Assembly: GCF_006345805.1 (NCBI RefSeq)
Contig: NC_042999.1
Coordinates: forward strand, 6,820,001 to 6,884,000
Reading direction: 5' to 3'
DNA: 64,000 nt
Source of the DNA: Octopus sinensis
Lineage: Eukaryota
A program made the translations under genes and the position numbers. This document shows positions 1 through 11,690 of this stretch, one piece after another. Each line of letters starts with the position of its first letter. The first letter of the stretch is position 1. Under the pieces are notes generated by a model. The model saw only the letters and a program-made list of their open reading frames with translations. It was not told the origin of the DNA and did not search any database.

Positions 1-299
1 TATTTAATTAAAGACATACCAGCGAAAACCACGAAGCTCCCATTGTTATTATATCCATTTTCTTCTATATAACCTAAATTCCTGTTTACCAACCGAACCA
101 CCTGCAACCGTACTGCTTTACAAAAGACTGTACCTTTCCAGCGAATAGCCAGGAGCGACTCTGGATTTAATTACCCCATAGAGATATGAGACCCCTCTAA
201 ATTGATACCTACAGAATATATGTATGTATATATATATATATATATATTATATTATATATATATATATGATATATATATATATGATATATATATATATAT

Positions 300-332
<33 letters not shown>

Positions 333-679
333 ATATATATATATAAGTATGTGTACTCATGCATACATGTGTATGTCTTTGTGTCTCTGTTTCCTACCAC
401 CACTTGACATCCGATGTTGGTATGCTTATATCCTCTTAACTTAGCGGTTCGGTAAAAGACACCGGTAGAATAAGTACCAGACTTTAAAAAATAAGTGCTG
501 GATGTGATGCATTCAACTAAAAATTCTTGAAAACTGTGCTCCAGTATGGCCGTAGTCTAATGGATGATACAAGTGTAAGATAAAAGATAAAAAAAAGGAA
601 GAAAATGTACGGAGAGAGAGGGTGTCTTCTTGGATAATAATTCTTCTAATGGAGATATATTTCCCTATTTTGTCTTCAT

Positions 680-1106
680 TTTACTCTTTTACTCTTTTAC
701 TTGTTTCAGTCATTTGACTGCGGCCATGCTGGAGCACCGCCTTTAGTCGAGCAAATCGACCCCGGGACTTATTCTTTGTAAGCCCAGTACTTATTGTATC
801 GGTGTCTTTTGCCGAACCGCTAAGTGACGGGGACGCTTGACAACCAGCATCGGTTGTCAAGCAATGCTAGGGGGACAAACACAGATACACAAACACATAC
901 ACACACTCCTATATATATATATATACACATATATACATATATACGACAGGCTTCTTTCAGTTTCCGTCTACCAAATCCACTCACAAGGCATTGGTCGGCC
1001 CGGAGCTATAGCAGAAGACACTTGCCCAAGATGCCACGCAGTGGGACTGAACCCGGAACCATGTGGTTGGTTAGCAAGCTACTTACCACACAGCCACTCC
1101 TGCGCC
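680..1106 (-). mobile_element. tRNA-derived SINE family A (CORE-like), full length, with internal TA/CA microsatellite
   Basis: Minus strand begins GGCGCAGGAGTGGCTGTGTGG (A box) ... GGTTCAGTCCC (B box), then CORE-like CTTGGGCAAGTGTCTT, an internal (TA)/(TG) tract and a (GAGTAAAA)n tail; near-identical to copies at 7325, 27868 and 30841. Confidence 0.9.
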
Positions 1107-1777
1107 TATTTTAATATTGTTTACCGTTTATTCATTCCATATTTAACATATCTGCTTACTATGGGTGCTATTTTAGTTATGGTGAATATTTCCAGGAACC
1201 ACGTATGACGATATTTTTGAAAACCTTGGATTTACTGCGCTTTAGCCTTAGGCCTTTCTTTATCTTTCTAGAGTCTTCGTTGATTAATAATTAATCTTTA
1301 TACTGTTTTGAACCTTTTAACATCGCTTCTACTCCTCTGGTTACGAGCTGTTGCTTTCTAGATTCTTAATTACTTTCTGCGATATGATTGCAATTAAGCC
1401 TGGAATGCTGTAAGGCGACAGCTCAAGAATCTGTAATCGTTATGGCTTGCTGTGTTTTTCCAGTTTTTGTACTCTAAGATAGCTTTTGCCTGAGTCAGCT
1501 TTTTGCCTTCGGGGTCATTAAAATCACAGCATTTAAAACTTACCTGTGAAATGTTGCAACGAAATATAACACAGGGAGTAACTTTAATACGAACGTCTGA
1601 AATAGAACCGCTTGTTAGGTTTGTTATGTTCCTCTTTGACATAGAAGAAGAAAGTCTGAATTCCTTCCAATAAGAATTTCTTTCTAGATTGGTCGATTGT
1701 TTTGTACTTTTGTATCTTAATTCTCATCCATGACCTGAATTCATAGTAACAATGATGATGATGATGATGATAATGAT

Positions 1778-2096
1778 AAGACTAAAACAATACCTGTTGT
1801 CAAAGGTGCCCTTGGATTAATAGCGAAAGGGGCTCATTCCTACCTAGCTCAGATACCAAGAAACCCCAAAATGGTAGAGATTCAAAAGATAGTGCTCATG
1901 GGAACTGCTCATATCCTACGCAAAATACTTTCTATGTAATCTCAAATTTTAAAACAAACATTCTCTAGAACAATACTGTGTACAAAACCAAACTTATGAC
2001 ACCCTAAGCATAACACCAACATGAACTTCTAACTTGTTGTCTCTTGAGGTCTCTAGGTGAGACTTGGAGCCAACTTGTACAAAGGAAAACTCAAAC

Positions 2097-2099
<3 letters not shown>
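1778..2099 (+). mobile_element. R4/Dong-like non-LTR retrotransposon 3' end (RLE C-terminus + 3' UTR), 5'-truncated
   Basis: Translates KTKTIPVVKGALGLIAKG...EIQKIVLMGTAHILRKILSM*; flanked by (ATG/AAT)n on both sides. Confidence 0.8.
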
Positions 2100-2146
<47 letters not shown>

Positions 2147-2159
2147 GTAATAATAGTGA

Positions 2160-2588
2160 TAAAAAATGATACCAGAAAATCACAAAATGGGTAAAATTAA
2201 AAAAAAAACAGTGCTCATGGGAACTGCTTATATCTTAAGAAAAATATTGTCTATGTGATTCCAAAAACATTTTACTCTGTAAGCATTATCAAAAGTACTT
2301 TTAAATGTGCCTAACAGGAAACACCTTTCGCTGTCATCTTACATCACACTTTCGTCTTATCTTAAACACATTTTACTGTCATCTTAGATCACGCTTATCT
2401 TCTTTTGAAACAAACTTTTAATTTTCTTATGTTTTATGGACATTTTCCAGAACAATACCCTGTGCAAAAACCAAAAGTAGGATATCCTAGTCATAACACG
2501 AATTTGAACTTCTAACTTGTTGTCTCTTGAGGTCTCTCGGTGAGACTTGGAGTTAATTTGTACAAATGTAAACCAAAAGTAAAACATA
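2160..2588 (+). mobile_element. R4/Dong-like 3' end, second copy
   Basis: VLMGTAYILRKILSM* followed by a 3' UTR sharing GAACTTCTAACTTGTTGTCTCTTGAGGTCTCT...GACTTGGAG with the 1778 copy; AAT repeats on both sides. Confidence 0.75.
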
Positions 2589-2629
2589 TGATGATAATAA
2601 TGATAATAATAATAATAATAATAATAATA

Positions 2630-3172
2630 ATATGCCAACATTATGGAATAACAACAGAAAAAAGATGGTATAGGCACACACCAGAAAAGGTCACAGAGAA
2701 CGAGAAAGCAACCGTACTCTGGGATATGCCGATACACACAGATAGAGAAATTAAGGCCAACAGACCAGTTGTTATAAATCATGAAGAAAAAAATGCTTTC
2801 TAATCGATGTATCAATACCGGCAGATGACAACGTGTCTCTAAAAGAAATGGAGAAACTTTCAAAATACAAAGACCTGGAAATAGAGGTAACCAGAATGTG
2901 CAATCTAAAAACAGACGCAATTCCTATCATAGTAGGTGCATTAGGCATGATAAAAAAATATTCAGTAAAATACATCAGAAAAACACCAGGACTTACAAAC
3001 ACATATAACATACAGAAAATTGCACTACTAGGCACTGCACACATCCTACGCAGAACACTTTCCATACAATAACCATCAGAGCATCACAACAAATCACAGC
3101 ACATACCCAAGGCACACAGAGCTGCGCTCGGTAGTGAAGTGAAAGCACGCTATAAAAATAAAAATAAAACTA

Positions 3173-3175
<3 letters not shown>
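2630..3175 (+). mobile_element. R4/Dong-like 3' end with restriction-like endonuclease (PD..D..K) domain
   Basis: CQHYGITTEKRWYRHTPEKVTENEKATVLWDMPIHTDREIKANRP / IDVSIPADDNVSLKEMEKLSKYKDLEIE...IPIIVGALG...QKIALLGTAHILRRTLS; one frameshift near 2770-2800; ends CTACTG then (AAT)n. Confidence 0.88.
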
Positions 3176-3269
<94 letters not shown>

Positions 3270-3275
3270 CAGTAG

Positions 3276-3814
3276 CAGGCAGTGGCTCTCATGGCTTCTG
3301 ATCTTAACTGATTGGAAGTGTCATCATGTACATTGTTTTGTCTTGGTATAAAAGATGGGCTACAGCAAATATTCTGCTCAATACCACAGATTTGCTTGTC
3401 AGTTGTTTGACCTTAACCAGTTGAGCATGTCCCTTAGTGGCTGACGATATGTGCATCTCTGGTCAGGAGAAGAAGTAGTTGGGGAGCATCATAGCCATGT
3501 GATGAGAGGGATTCTTTGGGGTTCGAATAATTCACCTCTGGAAACATGGGTGGTTCGTTCAACATCCTTAAACAACCCTTATTCAGGTTATTTTGAGTGG
3601 GATGGGTTACTCGACCAGAAGAAAATTCTAACTGGGCCCCACCTGCAAGATCATGCGCTGTTTATCTTCATATGAGATCACCATATCACGCACATATGTT
3701 TGTGATGCATGTGCCTCTATTCTACCCTTATCAGACGGGTAGTCATGATGGGTATACTGGGTATCGTATATATTACCCCAGTGTCACTTCGATGGCATGC
3801 ACTGCTCTCTCACT
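3276..3814. mobile_element. Unclassified ~530-bp interspersed repeat (family D), copy 1
   Basis: Near-identical to 49562-50089 with the same two ends (CAGGCAGTGGCTCTC ... GCACTGCTCTCTCACT); flanked by trinucleotide repeats. Confidence 0.75.
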
Positions 3815-3845
3815 ACAACTACTACTACTACTACTACTACTACAA

Positions 3846-3890
<45 letters not shown>

Positions 3891-3892
3891 AA

Positions 3893-3972
<80 letters not shown>

Positions 3973-4322
3973 ATAATAATAATAATATGAATTTGTGTGT
4001 TGAAACAGATTTTGTTGTATCTCGGGAGGGTCATTATGTCAAAATAAACACACGCACCACATCTATTTCACTTTTTATTATCTATTTGTCAATTGTTTAA
4101 CATTTAACCAATTAATTAATCGATAGTTAAAATTAATCGTTCGGCCAGTCAATTAATCATTCAGTTAGTTTGGCTTGTCAAAGTTTTTCGTCGCCATTTG
4201 CGACCTCATCAATAACATGGCTTCTCTACACCGGGTCTGCTTCGCGTCTGTTTGTTGGCAGTCTCCTACTTCTATATTAATAATTATATGTATGTGAATG
4301 GGAATGTATGTGAGAGATAGGA

Positions 4323-4365
<43 letters not shown>

Positions 4366-4699
4366 AGGAGTAAAATTGGGAGTGTGTGAGTGTGAGAGAG
4401 AGAGAAAGAGGAAAAGTGGAAGCGCGCGCGCGTGTGAGGGAGAGAGAGAGAGGGAAAGAAGGAGTGTATGTGTGTATCTGAATTTTTATGAATGCAAATA
4501 GTTTTGATTTTCTTACCTCGGTATTTAATCTGCCAAAGGCAACCTCCAGTTTCTGACGGTAAATCATTAGATTTAGTAGGTACTGTTTGTGTATGGAAGC
4601 ACTCCGTCGGGGATATTCAGCGTGACACAGAGAGTGACAAGGCATTGATGAATAGTAACTAAAGCGTCTCGATTTTGATCTGCTTTGATCTTGTTTGGA

Positions 4700-5100
4700 T
4701 TTTTTTTTATTAGGAGCACTCCGTCGGTTACGACGACGAGGGTTCCGGTTGATCCGAATCAACGGAATAGCCTGCTCGTGAAATTAACGTGTAAGTGGCT
4801 GAGCACTCCACAGACACGTGTGCCCTTAATGTAGTTCTCGGGGATATTCAGCGTGGCACAGAGAGTGACAAGGCCGGCCGGCTCTTTGAAATACAGGTAC
4901 AACAGAAACAGGAAGTAAGAGTGAGAGAAAGTTGTGGTGAAAGAGTACAGCAGGGATCACCACCATCCCCTGCCGGAGCCTCGTGAAGCTTTTAGGTGTT
5001 TTCGCTCAATAAATACTCACAACGCCCGGTCTGGGAATCGAAACCGCGATCCTATGACCGCGAGTCCGCTGCCCTAACCACTGGGCCATTGCGCCTCCAC
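4700..5100 (-). mobile_element. tRNA-derived SINE family C
   Basis: Minus head GTGGAGGCGCAATGGCCCAGTGGTTAGGGCAGCGGACTCGCGG...GGTTTCGATTCC (A and B boxes); homologous copy at 28265-28627; 3' half shared with 41453-41775. Confidence 0.85.
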
Positions 5101-5319
5101 TGCTGTTTGTGTATATTGTATATAGTAAAAGTACAGACAATATACTTATGGGGGAAATGTTTGCGCAAAAGAAATGCATAATTAGCCACATATACCTTCT
5201 TTGAGTTGCTCTGGATAGCTGGTCTATATTCTAGAGCAATGGTTTCCAATCTGGGGTCCGCGGACTCCTGGTGGCCTGCAAAATAGTACTGGGGGTCCGT
5301 GAACTGAATTCAAAATTTC

Positions 5320-5378
<59 letters not shown>

Positions 5379-5383
<5 letters not shown>

Positions 5384-6005
5384 TTAAAATTACTAAGTCT
5401 CTCTAAAAGAGAACAACGGCAGCGTTCCCGGAAAATATTAGTTATCGCCATACTAATATGGCATTCTTATAAAAATAAAAATAAAGCTGACCGCTTATTA
5501 GCTCCATGAGGCCATCGCCTTAAGTTAGCTATTTGATACCCAAACTGTATCCATATAACCTTTGAACAAGGGAGGTCAGTCGCTCCACACTACTTGGCCG
5601 GCAGCTGCAGACGCGTTTCGGGGTATTGCCCCTTTTCAATATTTTCCGGGAACGCTGCCGTTGTTCTCTTTTAGAGAGACTTAGTAATTTTAATATTTCT
5701 ATTATTGAAAACAAGTGGATGTATTCCACCGAAGCTAGGTAAATAAAACCTTTGAACAGAGATTGTCGGAAGCGACACCTACTGGTTTGGCTACGCTGCA
5801 TTGAAAAGGGGCAATACCCCGAAACGCGTCTGTAGCTGCCGGCCAAGTAGTGTGGAGCGACTGACCTCCCTTGTTCAAAGGTTATATGGATACAGTTTGT
5901 GTATCAAATAGCTAACTTAAGGCGATGGCCTCATGGAGCTAATAAGCGGTCAGCTTTATTCTTATTTTTATAAGAATGCCATATTAGTATGGCGATAACT
6001 AATAT
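5379..6005. mobile_element. Penelope-like element relic with interlocked inverted repeats
   Basis: 5379-5439 is the exact reverse complement of 5638-5698; 5435-5640 is the reverse complement of 5800-6005 (about 3 mismatches); contains a hammerhead fold; flanked by (TA)n. Confidence 0.6.
5795..5836 (+). ncRNA. Minimal type-I hammerhead ribozyme, U3-A8 core variant
   Basis: GCTGCA-TTGAAAA-GGGG(CAATA)CCCC-GAA-ACGCGT-C-TGTAGC: stem I 6 bp with one G.U, stem II 4 bp, palindromic stem III, GUC cleavage triplet ending at 5830. Confidence 0.72.
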
Positions 6006-6077
6006 ATATATATACATATATATATATATAAGTATATGAAAGAATGGACTTGAACGACTAGTTAACAAATATCCTTT

Positions 6078-6162
6078 ATTCTCGACATATGTTTCGAAGG
6101 CTGCATATTCCTAATTCCAAAAGAATAAGGAGTACATTATGCAGATTTCTCATCAGGAAAAT
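6078..6162 (-). ncRNA. Type-I hammerhead ribozyme with canonical core and extended stem II
   Basis: Minus: ATTTTC-CTGATGA-GAA..CTGCATA....TATGCAG..TTC-GAA-ACATATGT-C-GAGAAT; all core nucleotides present, G10.1-C11.1 pair, palindromic stem III, GUC triplet (C at 6084). Confidence 0.8.
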
Positions 6163-6295
6163 CAAGGAACTTATGTCGACATCGAAATGCACAAAAAACT
6201 TTTAGCTGACCACTCTCAAGGAGCCCATGGCGATAATGAGTGTCTCTTTATAAGGAGTGACGTCAGAGTGGCTGAAAGTAGAAGAATCTAGAAGG

Positions 6296-6334
<39 letters not shown>

Positions 6335-6480
6335 CATATTAAAAGGAGTCCGTGGAAAGACTCATTTAAATAAACGGGGTCCTTGGTAGTGAAAAGGTTG
6401 TGAACCCCTATTCTATAGGGATGTATTTCTACGTAACAAAATATTACCACCTAAGTAATAATAATGATAATAATAATAAT

Positions 6481-6779
6481 AAAAGGATGAAAGGCAACGT
6501 CGACCTCGGCGGAATTTGAATTCAGAATGTGGCAACGGGCGAAATACCTATTTCTTTACTACCCATAAGGGGCTAAGCACAGAGAGGACAAACAAGGACA
6601 GACAAACGGATTAAGTCGATTATATCGACCCCAGTGCGTAACTGGTACTTATTTAATCCCACCCCGAAAGGAGGAAAGGCGAAGTCGACCTCGGCGGAAC
6701 TTGAACTCAGAACGTAACGGCAGACGAAATACCGCTGAGCATTTCGCCCGGCGTGCTAACGATTCTGCCAGCTCGCCGT

Positions 6780-6780
<1 letters not shown>
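6481..6780 (-). mobile_element. SINE family B: head + B2 body + truncated second body
   Basis: Head GACGGCGAGCTGGCAGAATCGTTAGC; central GTCGACTTCGCCTTTCCTCCTTTCGGGG; tail AAAGAAATA joined to GGTATTTCG at 6548/6549. Confidence 0.85.
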
Positions 6781-6843
<63 letters not shown>

Positions 6844-6854
6844 TGATGATGATG

Positions 6855-6904
<50 letters not shown>

Positions 6905-6907
<3 letters not shown>

Positions 6908-7275
6908 GTGCTGGATCATAGATATAGCATGCCCAGCTGACAACAAGGTATGCGATAAGGAAGAAAGAAAAGTCGAGAGATATGACTGGTTAGCTTGGGA
7001 AGTTAAGCAGTTGTGGTGGATGAAAAGGTAGCAGTAGTACCACTAATTGTCGGAGCCCTGGGAACAGTGAGCAAAAATCTCGAGAAGTACGTGGAACAAA
7101 TAGGGGCTGCAATAAGGGTGGAGCACTTGCAGAAAACAGCACCGCTTGGAATCGCTCGAATACTCCGGAAGGTGCTCGAAAAATAAGAGGTGTTACCTTA
7201 GTTCACTGGTAGTGGGCAGCTGACACTGTAATATATCTCCAGCGTTAGAAGCTGTGCAAAGGCAATGATTAAATA
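6905..7275 (+). mobile_element. R4/Dong-like 3' end (distinct subfamily)
   Basis: IDIACPADNKVCDKEERKVERYDWLAWEVKQLWWMK / VAVVPLIVGALGTVSKNLEKY...LQKTAPLGIARILRKVLEK*; between (AAT)n tracts. Confidence 0.82.
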
Positions 7276-7278
7276 ATG

Positions 7279-7324
<46 letters not shown>

Positions 7325-7730
7325 GGCGCAGGTGTGGCTGTGTGGTAAGTAGCTTGTTATCCAACCACATGGTTCCGGGTTCAGTCCCACTGCGTGGCAT
7401 CTTGGGCAAGTGTCTTCTGCTATAGTCCCGGGCCGACCAATGCCTTGTGGATTTGGTAGACAGAAACTGAAAGAAGCCTGTCGTATATATGTATATATAT
7501 ATATATATTTATATGTGTGTGTATGTCTTTGTGTGTCTGTGTTTGTCCCCCTAGCATTGCTTGACAACCGATGCTGGTGTGTTTACGTCCCCGTAACTTA
7601 GCGGTTCGGCAAAAGAGACCGATAGAATAAGTACTGGGCTTACAAAGAATAAGATTTGCTCGACTAAAGGCGGTGCTCCAGCATGGCCGCAGTCAAATGA
7701 CTGAAACAAGTAAAAGAGTAAAGAGTAAAG
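7325..7730 (+). mobile_element. SINE family A, full length
   Basis: Same A/B-box head, internal TA/TG tract and GAGTAAA tail as the other A copies. Confidence 0.9.
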
Positions 7731-8954
7731 AATAATAATAATAATAATAATAATAATGATAATAATTCCATTGTCTCTATAAACAACAGATTAGAAATAT
7801 GTTTTTCAGTCAGTGTAAACCGCTACAGAAAACAACTTCATTTTTGCTGAATTTGTTTAAATCGTGATTTAAAAAAAATGTATTTGTCGGCAAAATTGTG
7901 ATAAAGTTGCTCTGTTTTCTTTGTAGTAGTAGAACTGTTCGTTTTTATCCTGTACTGTTATTTGTTTTAAATTTCCATTGCATATTCATATCTTTATTCC
8001 TTTAATATTAGCAGTTAAATAATAAGAACAAAGGCTCTGAAGCGATGACGTCAACCACAAAACTGTTCAAACACACACAAGATAAAGTAGGAAAATATGA
8101 AACATTGTAACCAATAAAAATTACTTTGTTTCCATCACAGCTAGATTCATAAAAATCACTCGATATCACTCACTAATATGAAATATTTCTCCCTCTCTTT
8201 TATCAACAATAGAATCAATAAGATGAAAACCTAGCAACTCGCTGCTTGTCATGGCTGACTATAAAACGAAACCCATAACTTGCTCCTCCCCCCACCACAC
8301 AGAAACGTAGATAAATTATTGTAAAATGTTGTTATTGCAGTTTTCTTTTCATCGGCCATTTCTGATGAGTGTGTGTGTGTGTGTGTGTGTGTGTAGTGTA
8401 TGGTGTGAAAACAACCAATTGGTCACTTTAGTATAACCCCGTCAAACTAACTCTCTCGATATTCCCCATCCCCTCAGTCATTTTAAGATGTTACAAGGTT
8501 TTACATTTTCAACAATAAAAGTTATTTTGTTATACCGAAAGGAAATATATACATTTCAGACATGCTTTTACTCAAAGAATTCATAAAATCTTCCTCCAAA
8601 ATGAGACCAAGGAAATTCTAATACGGAATTGGTGATCGCTACCAAACAACGGTAATCTCCTGGTAAAAGAAATTTCTGGTTGAACGTACAATGTCTATTA
8701 TAACAATTTACATTTTGAATATCTTCTACAAAAGCAGGAACACAACCAGGATTGTCTCTAGCCTGGAATGGCGTTATTTGTAATTACGAAGACATTGATA
8801 TGACCGCAGTTTTGTCTAAACAGATCTCAGGACAGGAAAAAATAATGGTCTTTTTCAGTCACTTATGAAGTAAATAAATAGGTAAATAATGAATAATGAT
8901 AGCTTACTAGCAGGACTAGTGAATATTTCACGGAGCTAATTGTAAACTTATTGT

Positions 8955-9815
<861 letters not shown>

Positions 9816-10019
9816 GTTATTTCTGAAAACTTTGTCCCAAAACCTGAAAACGTAGCCTGTGTTATGTCTATACCGAAAGATAATTGCTCATCTGCTAATG
9901 ATTGAAAAGTGAAAGAAATTGAAATACTATGATTACTTAATGCACTTTATATATACACTTTATATACTTTATACATGCTGACTCTTTCACCACGACTTTC
10001 TCTCACTGTTTTCTACTGC

Positions 10020-10132
10020 ATCTTGCAGCTCACCTGCGGCGGACTGGCGTCCCGTCCAGGTGTGGAAGCTATACGCCAAGGAAACCGGGAAACCGGCCCT
10101 TATGAGCCAGGCATGGCTCGAGAAGGAACAAA
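10020..10132 (+). mobile_element. SINE 3' fragment with V/Nin-like central motif
   Basis: CCTGCGGCGGACTGGCGTCCCGTCCAGG resembles the conserved central motif of several animal SINE superfamilies (recalled, not searched); ends GGCTCGAGAAGGAACAAAC. Confidence 0.45.
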
Positions 10133-10844
10133 CATATACTTTATACACAGCATTCTCCTTCTTTCTCTCTCACTCTTCGCCGTACCCTCTTTTTCTTTCA
10201 CTCTTCGCATTTCTCTTCACCTAATCACGTGAACACGTTACAGACGGGCTAAGTAACGGAGGAAAATAAACTTAGTCAACAAAAAAAAAAGCACGTTTCA
10301 CTCACCACATTCGTCGTCTAATACTGTTACTTCTTTTATTATCCATCAATCTATGCATCTTCTCCATTCACCATTCCTGGGAGGGTCAAAGTAGAAAAGT
10401 CCTCAACTAAAGCCTTCATTGGTTCCTAACAGAAGCAACCGTTATTAAACCTTCCGGTTGGATTCCCAAGCGTGACCGACTAAGACTATGGATACTATCT
10501 AACCATTACATTCTTGATCTACTCCTAGGTCTCTTGCCGATTGGTTCCGCTTGAAGAATCCGCCTTGTGATTCTTTCCTGCAACATTCTGATCACACTCT
10601 GTCAATATAAGAACCATCGTATCCCCATTTTCACTGGTTGCTTCAACATTGGTTTTAATAAAAGCTCATATCAAACAAGAGATCACAGCATCCCTTATCC
10701 TTTCCATCGATACAAAGTGTGTAAATGGATTGGAACGTCTTCATCCAGTTATAATCTGGATGATATCCTTCGTTCACTTCCAGCTATTTACTCTTTCCGC
10801 TACAACACTCTGCAAACACAATGTTATAATATTTCTTTCTGATC

Positions 10845-11690
10845 ATGATACAAGGCTTGCAGTTGTCAGGGGAGGGAGCTAGTCGATTACATCAATCCGA
10901 GTGCTCAATAGGTACTTATTTTATCGATCCCGAAAGGACGAAAGGCAAAGTTAACGTCGGCAACATTTGAACTCAGAACATAAAGAACCTGAGAGAGAAG
11001 TCGATGAAATAATTGTTTTGAATGCTGGCACAAGGTAGGACTTTTAGGTGGTGGGGAGGATTGTCGATAACGTCGACCCCAGTACATGACTGGTTCGTAT
11101 TCAGTTGATCTTGAAACAATGAATGGCAAAGTTGAGCTCGGTAGAATTTGAACTCAGAACACAAAGACGGACGAAATGCTGCGAAGCACTTTGTTCGGCG
11201 TGGTAATGATTCTGTCAGCTCGTCGCCCTTAGAGATAGTTAAAAAAATAATGGTTTCAAAATTTGTCTCAAGGTCAGCAGTGTCGAAAAAGGGGGAAGTA
11301 GGTTATATCGACTCCCAGAACTCAAATGGTCCTTATTTTATCGACCCCGAAAGGATGAGAGGTAAAGTCTACATCGGCAGAATTTGAACTCAGAACGAAA
11401 AGACAGACGGAATGCTGCTAATCATTTTGTCTGCCGCAGTAACGATTCTCATTTCTTTACTACCCACAAGGGGCTAAACACAGAGGGGGCAAACAAGGAC
11501 AGACAAAGGGATTAAGTCGATTATATCGACCTCAGTGCGAAACTGGTACTTTATTTATCGACCCAGAAGGGATGAAAGGCAAAGTCGACCTCGGCGGAAT
11601 TTGAACTCACAACGTAACGGCAGACGAAATACGGCTACGCATTTCGCCCTGCGTGCTAACGTTTCCGCCAGCTCGCCGCCCTTAGAGATC
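10845..11690 (-). mobile_element. Cluster of SINE family B copies (old B1 copies plus a B2 copy inserted in a B1 head)
   Basis: Repeated GGTCGATAAAATAAGTACC core; B2 copy 11450-11690 joined to AGAATCGTTA of an older B head at 11449/11450. Confidence 0.8.

Larger units (their letters stand above)
5237..6410. mobile_element. Non-autonomous hAT (Charlie/Buster-type) MITE, expanded by nested insertions
   Basis: Imperfect TIRs CAATGGTTTCCAATCT / AGGTTGTGAACCCCTA; 8-bp TSD TTCTAGAG (5229-5236) / TTCTATAG (6411-6418); subterminal GGGGTCC motifs. Confidence 0.7.

Noticed and set aside
5030-5100. tRNA-like sequences (also near 41700-41775 and the family A heads)
   Set aside because: They have A and B boxes but run directly into SINE bodies, and I could not fold a full cloverleaf with an acceptor stem; these are SINE heads.
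10370-10845. Possible decayed LINE coding fragment
   Set aside because: No motif could be recognised with confidence in any frame.
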